Part shown: piece after piece, positions 50,501 through 62,813 of the stretch
How the letters are laid out: each line of letters opens with the position of its first letter
How positions within the stretch are numbered: the stretch's first letter is position 1
Assembly: GCF_021028975.2 (NCBI RefSeq)
Contig: NC_059425.1
Location: 24,366,001-24,430,000, forward strand
Length of the DNA: 64,000 bases
Direction of reading: 5' to 3'
Source: Sphaerodactylus townsendi
Taxonomy: Eukaryota
Program-made: the position numbers and the translations under genes
The notes under the pieces: model-generated
What the model saw: the letters and a program-made list of their open reading frames with translations, nothing else
Told to the model about the DNA's origin: nothing
Database searches by the model: none

Positions 50501-53217
50501 CCCTTTGCAAAACATCTGTGCAATACATGTGTGCAGGAATGAGGAAATACTCAGGAAAACATTGAGAACCCCCCTCAAATGCTGTGTTGCAAATACTCCT
50601 GCACTTCCAGTGATGATGAGTGCACAATGGGGAAATGTTACTACACAGAAGCAGCCTAGCTCGTACTGCGGCTTTTGACTGCTCAAAATGAACTCCTAGG
50701 CATGGGATTTGGTAGAGATGAAACTATATCATCCCCCCCCCCCCCCCCCGCAAAAAAAGGACACAGCTCTTAAGCCCACAATTTGAGACGGATTTTATAC
50801 ACTAGGTCTCTAGCTCCCGTGGTGCAAAAACTTTGCAGAGAATCACATTTGTTTCTCACCAGGAGTCAGAATGGACAGGAAAACATCAACCCAGGATCTC
50901 CATTGCAAAGATGGTTTCGTTTGTTCTGCACTCATGTGGCACCCTTAGAGCTCTAAGTGGTCCTTGGTTGTCATTCTTTCACACCCTCCCCGTATAGCAA
51001 AGAGCTCTGAAGAAAACATTAACCATGGGCCTCAAGGGGGAGGTTTTGCCTTGGTTGCTTTTTTTTTGCCCATCACCTTGCTGGAGAAAAGAAGACTGCA
51101 CAAACCACCGTAGCAGTTCCTCCTGCATTATCCCAGTTCTCAGCTCGACCACCCAACTTCTCAGAACTCACATCTGGTTCTGGCATCTACGCACCATCTC
51201 ACCTGCCCTCCTTCCACCCACCTTCTGCCACTGGCTATCACTGAACCCCACAATACACCTTGACTCTCTTACCTGGCTTTTACTTTTTAGCCAATGGCCC
51301 CTGTTCCTTCCTCTGGGTAACTGCTTCACAGCACTCTGCAGGGATCACAGACAGAGGCTGGCCCACCCTTTCCCAGTCTTAATTTAAGAGTGATGCTTGC
51401 TGAGGCAAAAACTCTTTCCTGGGGTGGGGGTTGCACTTCTGCACCATGTTACATTTAAATAGGCTGCTGCATGCGCCACCTCCTGTAACAGCTGAATTCA
51501 AATGCAAAGTCCGGCATATGCAAATTCCTGCAGGAAAGTGATTTTGCCTTGCCAGCATAATGTTTTAAGTCAGAGAGAAGTACAGAATCCCTTTGCGCAT
51601 GCAATTCCTCACAGCTGTTGTGGCGGCTATTTTAGTTGGGCACACAGAGACGATTACCACGGAAGAATCTGACATCTATTTCTCCCGTCTCCTTGCTTTG
51701 CCGCTTTCAGTGGAGGTAGCCCCATGCCCCAGAACACACAATGCTAAAGCCACAGAAGGAAGGCAAGTCTGGGCACAGCCAGAAACAGTTTTTTTTAAAA
51801 AAATATTTATTTAAAAATATTTTTACCCCGCCTTATCTTTGCAAATGTAAAGTGACTAATGAAACAGTAAAGGCTGCAAAGCCTTTGTTGCAAGCTTTGG
51901 CCGAATTCTTCACTTCACTAGGGAATGAACCTGCTCCCCAGACACGGCACCTTCTCTTGCTGCAGAATCCTGAACAAAGCAACCTTTCTAGTGGAGACAG
52001 GCTCAGAACTCTGAATCCCATGAGCCCTAGTCAGTCAAAGGTGATTGTCAGTCATGGCATGGCAGACCTCACATCCCAAGGATCTGCTCTTCCCGAGCAG
52101 AAAGGCCCAGAAAAAGAGGGAAAAAGTGGGCCCAATTGAGTCAGCCTGGAGAGAAGAGAGTTATGGCTGCACGTGTACCCTGAAGACCCCACTGAGCACT
52201 TTCCTTTTGCCACATAGGCAGCTACCTTATCCTGAGTTAGATCTTTGGTATATCAAAGTCAGTCTCATTTACTCTAACTAGCAGGTGGCTTTCCCGGGTC
52301 TTAAAGCTCTTGCATATTACCTACTATACTCAGCCTCACAAAAAGATGTTAGCAGATTGTATATTGCTCCACCACAGAATTCAACATGCCGGACCTTCTT
52401 TGTTGTAGGAATGCTCTGCCTGGGTTCTAGTGCCTACCTAGCCCTGCTCCCCCATACATTGATGATAGGGGTTCAATTAACTATAAATGCTCTTGTATCA
52501 ATGTACCATGTTCAATAATGCACAAAATAATGTTTTTACAGCACGTAAAAATGAATGATAATTCTCGTATTTGTTCGGGACTATATTCTAATGCGGAAGC
52601 ATACAATTTTCTCAACCGTTGCATCTCAACTGACCATGCTAACATCTTTATCTGAGGCAGCGTATACCTCGTCCTTTTGGCTGAGACTGAACCTGAGGCC
52701 TTTTGCATGCCAAGCAGCGGCTCTACCACACCCTCCACCTTGCTCGCTGTGCTGTTTGGCTCAGCTTCCATTCAGGGTGGTGAGAGGAGAGGGATTCTGG
52801 AAGACACACAGTGAGGGTCACTTCTGTTGCAAGAAAACTAGAAGAGGAAGTCCCTCCATGCTGATGCTACTATACCCGGGCCTGACTGTGCAGGAGGAAA
52901 AGGCTACTTACCTGACTGGCCTCACCCTGCTGGCTTCCCCAGGCCTGGAGGGCCAGTGCTGAGATCTGACTCTGCTGTCAGGGAATCCGTCAGCCAACTG
53001 CCACTGCTGCTGAGTTCCCCACAGCTCCTCGAGGATGAGGGATCTAAAACAAACCAGGGGGGATCAGGAGGGGCCCAACCTGCTTCTGCCTCTCAGCCTA
53101 CGCCCTTCTCTTTATCCAGGCTCTCTCAGAAATGGGCAAGTTACGTTTCGACAACGTACAAGCACAGAAGCGCTGTGGCCCACCATAAGGGCTGCAAGGC
53201 AAATTCCACTCAAAAGT

Positions 53218-53442
53218 GCTGTTGAAGACTTTCACGGCCGGATTCAACTGGTTGTTGTTGGTTTTTCAGGCTGTATGGCTATGGTATAGTAGCTCTTCTT
53301 CCTAACGTTTCGCCTGCATCTCTGGCTGGCATCTTCTCTCTGTGATACACCTCTGAAGATGCCAGCCACAGATGCAGGAAAACGTTAGGAACAAGATCTA
53401 CCAGAGCACGGCTACACAGCCCAGAAAACCCACAACATCCAC
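53218..53442. mobile_element. Penelope-like palindromic remnant
   Basis: Same arms; CTGAAGATGCCAGCCACAGATGCAGG core. Confidence 0.72.
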
Positions 53443-53938
53443 TCAAAAGGCTTCACTGCAAAAGTTGAGGAAGTAACAAAACAGCTAAGTAGTTGGCAGC
53501 CAAAAAGACAACCTAGGTAGCCCATTGTCCTACCGAAGTCACCTCTATCATCACCATCAACAGTTTCAGATCCAGGGCCCACATTTGATGCAATCTGGCA
53601 AATAGGTGACCGGTGTTTAGTGGGTTATTACACCTGTGTTTTCCCTTCTAATTCATCTCCCAAATAATAGGGAGAGAAGGTTTTCTGTCTTTTTCAACAT
53701 TGGCCCTCTTGAGAAAAGCTGGTCTTGCTGAAATGCCCTCAACTAGTGAGAATATAGGAAGGCTGTTATATATTTAAAACAAATACCAAACAAAACGTAA
53801 GTGAAATACATCTGTTGCCACCCCTCCTCTAGAGCCAAAGGCATGACTCCCTTGTGCAACTTGACCCACTAGTTGAAGGCTGAACACACCTGTTAGCTTG
53901 TCCCCTGAAAGAGTCTGATTTTTCTGTCCTTCATGAAC

Positions 53939-54086
53939 CAGTGGTGGCAAAACTATGGCACTCCAGATGCTCATGGACTACAATTCCCATCAGCCCCTGC
54001 CAGCATGGTCAATTGGCCATGCTGGCAGGGGCTGATCGGAATTGTAGTCCATGAACACCTGGAGTGCCATAGGTTCGCCACCACTG
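53939..54086. mobile_element. Palindromic hAT MITE, same family as 34121-34258
   Basis: CAGTGGTGGCAAAACT...AGGTTCGCCACCACTG. Confidence 0.8.
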
Positions 54087-55031
54087 ATCTTCAGTCTAAT
54101 TCTGTCAAACCGCTTACCTACAGAGCACCTGTGATCCATGTAATCTTAGAAGGGCATTGGCCTCTCTCCACCTTGAGCAAAACTTGTCTCTATTTTGTTC
54201 TCCTCATAGCAGGGAAAGATGGAGTTACCCACAGGTGGATAACGGCAGCTGCTAACTGCAAAGCTAACTGCGTGGCTGACCACATGGCCCCGCAGTAAAA
54301 CAAACTGGGAACTTCTTCCCATAACCCTTTTATCCCAGGTGGGGAAGGGAAATGCAGAGAAGTAAGAATCTTATTGGAACAATCCATTCTGCCTAGGCCT
54401 CCGGAGCGGCATTTACACACTAGCCCCCCACCTTTCGTTCCAGCGCCTACTCTAAAGAGGAGGAGAGGAGAGGGGAATGGTTGGAGGCTCCCTCAGGGTG
54501 CTTGGAGAAGCTTCGTGGTGGTCAGCTGGCTGGTGGCAGAACAGAAAGCGTGGTGTTGCTTCAGGTCAGCTCTGCCCGAGATCCCTTCCCCTTGCGCCTT
54601 CCGGACACGGCTGTTCACAGAAAGAGAGTCAATGGGAAAAAGAGGGTTAAAACATGGGTGCCTGGCACAGGTGGTTTGTAAACCAATCCCAGAGTTTCAA
54701 GGCATAGCCAAAGTAGCTGAAAATCCAGCATTCAGGCATCAGCATTTGGCAAAGTGTCCTGAACACCCTGAGCTAGAAACTGGGGTTAGTGACAGCAGCA
54801 GAGCAAAGAGAGAGGAGCAGACGATGCTCTTTAGGGAAAGTAGAGGGAGGGAAGGACGTTAACCGAGGCGGGGATGCGGGTTCGAATGCCAGGAGCGGGA
54901 TATCACAGTGGCCGAATTCCCCCCATGCAGAAGGCGGGACGGAGGTCGAAGGCAGGGCAAAGTCAGACAAAGGGGTATCGTTAAAGCGACGCTGATTTTA
55001 CGACGAGACGCGAGAGGTTCTGTAAAAGCCG

Positions 55032-55037
55032 TTTAAT
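55032..55037 (-). terminator. Probable polyA signal ATTAAA of the RBM4-like gene
   Basis: Ends a ~590-nt terminal exon starting at 55601 (TTTCTTTGCAG acceptor). Confidence 0.5.
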
Positions 55038-55905
55038 AATCAACACTTTAAAAACGAAAAAAGAGGAACCAAACAAGTTGTGGCAACAAGAACAAATTCT
55101 GTTTACCAGTTATACAAAGAAAGGAGTACTCAGGTATACAGCAAAAGCATAGGAAGCTTCATCGGCTACGGAGCGCGTGACTTATTCTCAGCTCTGCTCC
55201 AGGAACCAGAGCTCTGTACGCGACACACATCAAGCAACAATTAGCTAGCGGTGTGTACTGAGGTTGCAAACACCCGTCGCCTCGGACAGGCGTTCAAAAG
55301 CAGACACGTTTTTTACGAGCAAAATTATCTTCGGATTCATTCGCAAGGCGGGGTTGGCGAGGCGGCTCTTCAAAGCAGGCTTTACGGTAACGACCGGATG
55401 AAAACAAGGGAGGAGGGGAAAAAAAAAATAAAGCGAGGGGAGAGGGAAGGCGGAGAGGGGAAGGACTAGCAGAACCGAAAGGCAGCGTCACCAACCTTCG
55501 AAGGAAGCCGACGTAAAAAAATCAGCGCAGGTTAGAGCATGATCAGCAAAGGGGTCTCAGAGCCACGGCTTCAGTGCTGCCTCACACAAGCACGGAGGAG
55601 CCTGCAAAGAAATCTACACCACTTAGATGTACATATTACATATATACACATACACAGTTTGGACACAAGGTGCGGCCCTGTGCGCGAGTGACCAGCAAGA
55701 GAGATGACCCATTCACCGCACTTCCGGTTACAGCCCATCGCCTATTTACCTACACATGGTGGAGAAAAATCAGGGTGCCCTGTACAGCTTGCTCCAGGCA
55801 CTGATTAAGGTCCCCATTAATAAAACATTCAGCCCCTCCCCCCACCTCGGCCACCTGGCATGCAACCTACTATCTCTGGACACTTACTCCTGGGGCAGAC
55901 CGCAC

Positions 55906-56862
55906 TCAGAACGTCTGCGCATACTGGGCAGCATAGGCACTGGCGTACCTCTCGTAGTATTCCGCCACATTGTAGGTGGTGCCTATGCTGTACTGGGAGT
56001 ATGTGGCGGCAGCGGCGGCGGCGGCAGCGGCTGCATACCCAGGCTGGCTGTAGGCTTGGCTGTATGTTTGGTTGGCAGCGGCGGCGGCAGCTGCTGCCGC
56101 AGCAGCATAAGGATCAGTGTATTGGGCCACTACGGCGGTGGAAGCAACTGTCCGCCTGCCCACTGGGCTTCTTTCCCTGTAGGCAGCTGGGGCAGCGGGT
56201 GTAGGGGGAGGCAAGGCCCTATCGTAGGCAGCCCGGGCTCGATCGTAGAGCTCATAGGAGTAGCGGTCGCAATACTCTCTGTCGTACCAAGCCCTGGGAC
56301 AGTAGGGCGTGTATGTTGTGGCCGGGGTGGGAATGCGACCCCTAGAGAAGTAGTAGCTTGGGGTTGGGGGAGGTGGGGTGGGTACAGCAGCCCCCTTAGT
56401 GGCCCGGAGGGAACCATTGCTCTTGGACAGCGTGACAAAGATTTTCTGGTCTTCCAAGGGGGTGTCGTTCAGGTTCAAGATGGCATCCATGGCTTCCCGC
56501 TCCTTGGCCATGTGCACAAAGGCGTAATTCTTCACAATGTCACACTCCACAACCTTGCCAAACCTTTCGAAGAGCTGCCTGATTTGGGCGGTGGTGGCCT
56601 TGGCAGAAACATTGCCCACGTATATCTTGGTGGCGTTGCGGATCTTGGAGGTGGCATACTCCACGGTCAGGTGGGCCCCGAAGAACTCGCTTTTGTGCAG
56701 GGAGCTGATGGCCTGGTGCGCCTCGTCCTCCTTCTCCATGTGCACAAAGGCAAAGTTCTTCAGGATGTCGCACTCGTTCACCTGGCCGTACTGTTCGAAA
56801 AGCTTGCGCAGTTCCTCGGCCGTGACCACCGGAGACAGCCCCCCCACGAAGATCTTCACCAT
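55906..56862 (-). CDS. RBM4/Lark-family RNA-binding protein (2 RRMs, Ala/Tyr-rich tail, no CCHC knuckle), 318 aa
   Basis: MVKIFVGGL...ECDILKNFAFVHME; TKIYVGNVS...ECDIVKNYAFVHM; RERSP motif; poly-Ala runs; Kozak GCCATGG; UTR introns 56894-57300 and 55602-55887. Confidence 0.9.
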   Translation of the reverse strand: MVKIFVGGLSPVVTAEELRKLFEQYGQVNECDILKNFAFVHMEKEDEAHQAISSLHKSEFFGAHLTVEYATSKIRNATKIYVGNVSAKATTAQIRQLFERFGKVVECDIVKNYAFVHMAKEREAMDAILNLNDTPLEDQKIFVTLSKSNGSLRATKGAAVPTPPPPTPSYYFSRGRIPTPATTYTPYCPRAWYDREYCDRYSYELYDRARAAYDRALPPPTPAAPAAYRERSPVGRRTVASTAVVAQYTDPYAAAAAAAAAAANQTYSQAYSQPGYAAAAAAAAAATYSQYSIGTTYNVAEYYERYASAYAAQYAQTF

Positions 56863-57300
56863 GGCAACTCTGGGGAGCCCTGCCCAGGAATCCCTGGCGG
56901 GAAGACAAGGAAGGGGAGATTAGCTCTCAGACTGCAGTTGAGCCCCGGAACTCGCCACGACCCCCCACCCGCCCCCTTCTGCTCCAAGACGCGCCTTAGG
57001 CGGCCAGGTATGCCACGGAACCCCAGCAGAGTGTGGTAGGCCACGGCGGTGGCTTTCAGTGGAGAGAAGGAAGCAGCCAGGCCCAAGCCCAGGCCGGCGC
57101 ATCCTTCCCACGGCGGCGGCCACCGGGAAGAAGCGCTTCCCTGCAGCGCCGGCCCTCCAGCGCGCCGAGCCCGCCGCTCCCCTCCTTCCCCTGCCCTGGG
57201 CCGGCAGCCTGGCTCGTGGGGGGTCGGGCCCAGGCGCCGAGGAGGCCGCCGCAGCTCGGGGCACCCCCTCCGGGCCGGGCCAGGGCTCCCTTCCGCTCAC

Positions 57301-57700
57301 CTGCACCGCCCGGCTGGTCTCCCGCTCCTTGCGCCACGCGATGCGCCCAGCCGCCTGGCTCGCCTAGGCCTGCGCCATGTTCTCCGGCTGCATCATGTGA
57401 TGGTGGGAGGGGGTCGGCGGCCCCCGGACGACGGAGCCGGGGCGGGGGACGCTCCGGGCAGACCGCCAGCGGCGCCACACGGGGCCGGGCGCAGCGCAGG
57501 ATGGCGGGCGCCGTCGAGCACGCTGTGGCCCCGGGGGTGCTCCGGGGAGAGCTTCTGCCGGGCGCGCGAGAAGCGGAGCGACGCGATGGCGCAGCCGGTC
57601 CGAAGCTGGCCTCGGAAGGGAGGAGGGCGGACTGGCCCGGTGTGGAGAAGCTCAGGAAAGGGAGGCGGGCTGCTGGCGGCTCCTTACAGAGCCCTGCTGT
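57301..57700 (-). promoter_or_regulatory. CpG island promoter and non-coding exon 1 of the RBM4-like gene
   Basis: Very CpG-rich; CAG|GTGAGC donor at 57299-57300; YY1-like AACATGGCG around 57373-57381. Confidence 0.7.
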
Positions 57701-57867
57701 GCAGACAAAGCGAGAAGGTCGCCCTTGCCGGTGGCCACGATTCTCAGCCTTCTTCACTCCCCCAGTCAGCCTTCATTCCCTGGACCCACAGGTCCCTTCT
57801 TCGCCCCACATAACTCGGACCCCACCCTCACCCTCACCCTCACCCTCGGAGGCTTTCCTCCTCTCAG

Positions 57868-58163
57868 GAAGAAGAAGAATTTGGATTTATATCCCCCCTT
57901 TCTCTCCTGTAGGAGACTCAAAGGGGCTTACAATCTCCCTGCCCTTCCCCACTCACAACAAACACCCTGTGACGTGGGTGAAGCCGAGAGAGCTCCGAAG
58001 AACTGTGACTAGCCCAAGGTCACCCAGCTGGCGTGTGTGGGAGTGCACAGGCTAGTCTGGATTCCCCAGATAAGCCTCCACAGCTCAGGTGGCAGAGCGG
58101 AGAATCAAACCCGGTTCCTCCAGATTAGATACACCAGCTCTTAACCTCCTACACAACTGCTGC
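57868..58163 (-). mobile_element. tRNA-derived CORE-SINE (Squam3/MIR-like)
   Basis: B-box GGTTTGATTC, CORE segment, (CTT)n tail; highly similar to 31269-31556 and 60056-60360. Confidence 0.85.
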
Positions 58164-58267
58164 CAAGAGTGGGTGAAAGTAGAATCGCTTATCTCTAGAT
58201 AAAAATCCATTTATTCTGGCATCTGAATTTCCCAGTCTTGGCTACCCATCAAGGGCATGGGGACAAT

Positions 58268-58713
58268 GTATTGTCGAAGGCTTTCACAGCCGGATTCAAC
58301 TGGTTGTGGTGTGTTTTCTGGGCTGTGTGGCCGTGGTCTGGTGGATCTTGTTCTTAACATTTCGCCTGCATCTGTGGCTGGCATCTTCAGAGGTGTATCA
58401 CAGAGGGAAGTCTGTTACACACTGTGTCCAGTGAGAAGGGAATGTTTTAGTGGGGTATAAATGGTCATGTCCCCAGGTGGGGAACCAATCAGTGTTGCAT
58501 AGCAAATTCCACCCAAACACTGACTGATTGGTTCCTCACCTGGGGACGTGACCATTTATATCCCACTAAAACATTCCCATTCTCACTGGACTCAGTGTGT
58601 AACAGACTTCCCCCTGTGATACCCCTTTGAAGATGCCAGCCGTGGATGCAGGCGAAACCTTAGGAACAAGATCCACCAGACCACGGCCACACAGCTTGGA
58701 AAACACACCACAA
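58268..58713. mobile_element. Long Penelope-like palindrome (~200-bp arms)
   Basis: Starts GTATTGTCGAAGGCTTTCAC; arms fold about a centre near 58495-58520. Confidence 0.78.
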
Positions 58714-59147
58714 ACGGTATAGGGACACATGAAGTTGCCTTATAGTGAATCAGAATCTGGGTCCATCAGGGTCAGTATTGTCTACTCAGATTGGCAGTGG
58801 CTGCCCGAGGTTTCAGGCAGAGGTCTTTCCCCTGACCTGCTGCTTCATCCTTTAAAGTGGGGATGGTGGGGGTTGCCAAGGAGATGCAATACCACTGAGC
58901 CATGGCCAATTTCAACCAACAGGTAACATTGTAAGATCCTACCTGTCTCCTGGGAGAGGGGTAGGCTGTCCTCAGAATGTAATTAATTTCATTTTTTTAT
59001 TTAAAAAGTTGTGTGTGATTACAGAAGGTAAGGTTCTTGAGCTTTAGGAAATGGGCAGAGATTGCTTCTGCTGTGGCTGTTTTGCCAGTTTACCTGTTCA
59101 GGTAATCCCTCCTCCGCTCCCCCCACAGCCAAGTGTTAGATCTGCTA

Positions 59148-59378
59148 CCGTGTTTCCCCGAATATAAGACAGTGTCTTATATTAATTGTTGCTCCCAAAG
59201 ATGCGCTATGTCTTATTTTCAGGGGATGTCTTATTTTCTGTGTTCTGTTCGTCGGGCATACTTCCAAACAAAAACTTTGCTATGTCTTACTTTTGGGGGA
59301 TGCTTTATATTTCGCACTTCAGCAAAACCTCTACTATGTCTTATTTTTCGGGGATGTCTTATATTCGGGGAAACAGGG
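59148..59378. mobile_element. pogo/Tigger-like Tc1-mariner MITE
   Basis: TIR CCGTGTTTCCCCGAATATAAGACA, TA TSD, internal CTATGTCTTATTTT repeats. Confidence 0.82.
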
Positions 59379-60055
59379 TATCACCCAAACAAAAAATTCC
59401 AGATAGAGCAAGAGATTTCAGCGTATAGTGGTGGGCTACAATAAAAAGGCAGCTGCTCTCAAAGTGTGGCTACCAGCCAAGGATTCTGCTCCATGCACAT
59501 GCAAATCAATTTTCCTGCAGAGAGATGGACCCATGGAAAAGCATGGGTCATTTGCCCATTACAGGGGCTGTGCCATACAAAATGGCCTTTCAGAAAGGAC
59601 TGTATTCAGGACTGATGAGGAACCCATTTGACCCTTGCTATTAAAGATCTCTGTCTGCCTTATGCCACACCAAAGAGTCAGGCTGAAGCAGTGTAAGAGT
59701 GCCAAGACCTGGGCAATTTGTTGATGAGAGATTTGAGCAAGAGAAAAGCCTGTCTGATTCTTAGTTTATTTCCACATCCTGGGTCTTAGCTCCCAGGTAA
59801 CTTTCCTAATCTTCCTCATATTCTATCTAATACATTTTTATCTCACTTTCCCTCAGGATACTGTACACAAGCTTTAACCTGGATGGCCCAGGCTAGCCTG
59901 GTCAGATCTCAGAAGCTAACCAAGGCCAGTTATGGTTAGTACTTGGATGGGAGACCACCAAGGCAATCCAGGGTTGATGAGCAATAACAATAACTATCTC
60001 TATTTGTCTCTTGCCTTGAAAATCCTATGGGGTTGCCATAAACTGGCTGTAACTA

Positions 60056-60360
60056 AGAAGGAGGAGGAGGAGGAGTTTGGATTTATATCCCCCCTTTCTC
60101 TCCTGCAGAAGACTCAAAGGGCTTACAATCTCCTTGCCCTTCCCCCCTCACAACAAACACCCTGTGAGGTAGGTGGGGCTGAGAGAGCTCCCAGAAGCTG
60201 TGACTAGCCCAAGGTCACCCAGCTGGCATGTGTGGGAGTGTACAGGCTAATCTGAATTCCCCAGATAAACCTCCACAGCTCAGGCGGCAGAGCTGGGAAT
60301 CAAACCCGGTTCCTTCAGATTAGATACACGAGCTCTTAATTTCCTACGCCACTGCTGCTC
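60056..60360 (-). mobile_element. CORE-SINE (Squam3-like) nested in a 5S-headed SINE
   Basis: Same family; host tail resumes at 60361. Confidence 0.85.
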
Positions 60361-61039
60361 TTAATGGCACTTTTCACCACCAGGTCAGAGGGGCCAATGC
60401 CGCATCTTTCAGGCTTGGACAGTTGGAAATAGCACAGTGGTATTTTACCATTACATAATGCAACAACAGCACTTCTAGAAGAGCTAATCACCAGGGCATT
60501 CCTCCAAGAACCTGTGGCGGGTCAATGCTTAAAGTAGATCGGATGGTAGCCTTTTATTGGGCAAAATTAGGAATGCTTGGATTGGAGACCACTAAGGAAT
60601 ACCAGTTGCTATGCAGAAGAAGGCAATGGCAAACCTCTGTTAGTCTCTTGCTTTGAAAATCCTACTGGGTTGCCATAAGTCAGCTGCAATTTGATGGCAC
60701 TTTACACACACAATGTAAAGGAATCCCCCCTCTTTCATGTTATCCCCACAACAATCCAGCTAAGTAGGTTAGATTGAAGAGGAATGATTGGTCCAAAGAA
60801 GCTTCATGGCTAAATGGAGGTTTCAAACCAGGTCTCTTTCTGTCTTAATTGGGTATTCTCAAAACTACACTGACATTCAAATGTGGAAGGAAACCAATTT
60901 TCTTACATAGGATTGATCATTGTCTTTCAGCCTGGCTAATCTCTTAGGGCTGTTGTGAGGGTAACAGGGAAGAAAGGAACAATGTACAGTAGCCCAAACT
61001 CAAGGGAGGAAAGGCAAGATAAGATAGACAGACAGGCAG

Positions 61040-61600
61040 AAAATCTTTATTGGCATATAAAACATACCAGGCAACCATAATCCAGCCATAAGCAAGACTA
61101 AGAACAAGCCATAACCACAAATTACAGAAAGGAAAAGTAAACGACAATGTATCTCCCAGCCTTAGCTTGATGCAGCTTTATGGCATCTTGCAAAAATTTT
61201 GCTACTTTCTCACTTATTTCAAGATTGGAATTGTTCAAGGGAAGGAACAAATTAGCAGAATCAGAAAATCCTGTCCTATTTACTAAAACAGTTACTTTGT
61301 TTAATTTCCCAATACAAAGGACAGTAAAATAGGGCATGCTGAATAGTTTCACTTTACAGATAACAGTGCCTATCCAAATATGCTTGCTACATTCTGACAT
61401 TTTCCATAGAGAATTTCAGATGGCATAACATTGAATCTGGTCACAGAGAAAGCTGTACGTTGATTCGGATTTTGGAGATGGTAAAAATATGTAGTGGTAT
61501 GGCCTGCATTAAGTCGTATCCCCAATCTCAGAGGGCAGCAAGCCTTATTGGCAGCACTATTAAGATTTTGTGTTTTAATCTCCAAGAATGAGCATTTTAT
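61040..61600 (-). mobile_element. LINE 3' end (family uncertain)
   Basis: RTAFSVTRFNVMPSEILYG and KVAKFL motifs, ends TATGCCAATAAAG; similar ends at ~26450-26760 and 38778-39017. Confidence 0.55.
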
Positions 61601-62392
61601 TTTATTTTATGGAAGGCCTCAGATGCTGAAAGACTAAAAAGAGAATCAGTGGGTATTCCAAGAGATCTATTTTTTCCCTTGGCAACATGAAGCCAATTTG
61701 AAACATTGAATTCTGACAACATTTGATAAATGAGGCTAAGGGGACTGGTAAAGTAAGATAATATAATAAAAACAGAGAGGGTGGCTTAACAAAGGCAGCT
61801 GCCCTGTATGTTTGTGTCTGATCTCAAATCTCCAAGACTACTCACAAGCTGGCCCATTTGGAGAGACATGCTCCTCCCCTTTGGAGAGACTTGCTCTCTT
61901 TTCTTAGAACTGGATATGAAAGCTTGGAGACCTCTTAGTTTTCAGACTTGGGGAAAGAGTCACATGGATTGAATTACCATTGGAATATAAAGGGTCATTG
62001 CAGGTTTGGAGGGGCTGGTTAAGATGACTCCAGATATTGCTGCCCTCCAGTATTCACACTGCTCTTTGGTTTGCATGCGCGAACACACATACAGACACAT
62101 CCTAGAGGAGGGAGCAGAGCACAAATGTTTTCCCCTTTTTAGGCCCCTCAGCATCAGTGAAGAGAACAAAAGAGCTGCACTCTCCAGTGCTTTTTTTTTC
62201 CAGCAGGAAATGGGATATTGCCCCTGGGATATCACAGGCAACATTTGTAAGTGGCCTCTGAGAAGCAGATTGGCTGCCTGTCTCCAATCTGCAGTGGGGC
62301 CCTTTGCTGGACCCTGGGCCTAGGCAGATACCTCACCATGCTGACCCTTGATCCCATTTGTGAGCAACCCTTGCTGCCTGAAGATACTCTGT

Positions 62393-62813
62393 CAGTGATG
62401 GCGAACCTTTTCGAGACCAAATGCACAAATTGCAACTCAAAACCCACTTACTTATCGCAAAGTGCCAACGCAGCTGTCGCAGCAATTTAACCTGAATAAC
62501 CCCCTCAAGCAGGGGCCAGCCTGCTGTAGCCTCCAGCAAGTCCCACATGCGCTGCTCTGCGCCTCTCTAGCTTCTCTGCCACCTCTGTCCACCCTCCGGG
62601 CAGCAGCCACCTGGAGCACAGGCACCAGGCCCACCAGCCGAATCCTCCCTGCTCGCTGAGGTGCATGCACATCAAGTCCAGCGGCCCAGGCCAGCCTAGA
62701 TGTGTGTGTGTGTGGGGATTTCCCTCCCACATGACAAACTCTGTGCGCGCGTGCCAACAGAGAGGGCTCTGAGTGCCACCTCTGGCACCCGTGCCACAGG
62801 TTCGCCACCACTG
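62393..62813. mobile_element. hAT non-autonomous element (TIRs resemble OC1/Charlie-type)
   Basis: TIR CAGTGATGGCGAACCT / AGGTTCGCCACCACTG. Confidence 0.75.

Noticed and set aside
55756-57039. 427-aa plus-strand ORF
   Set aside because: Antisense shadow of the GC-rich RBM4-like CDS; no recognisable domain
57033-58055. Several long ORFs (340, 254, 233 aa)
   Set aside because: Stop-poor CpG island running into a SINE; Arg/Pro/Gly/Ala-biased, no homology
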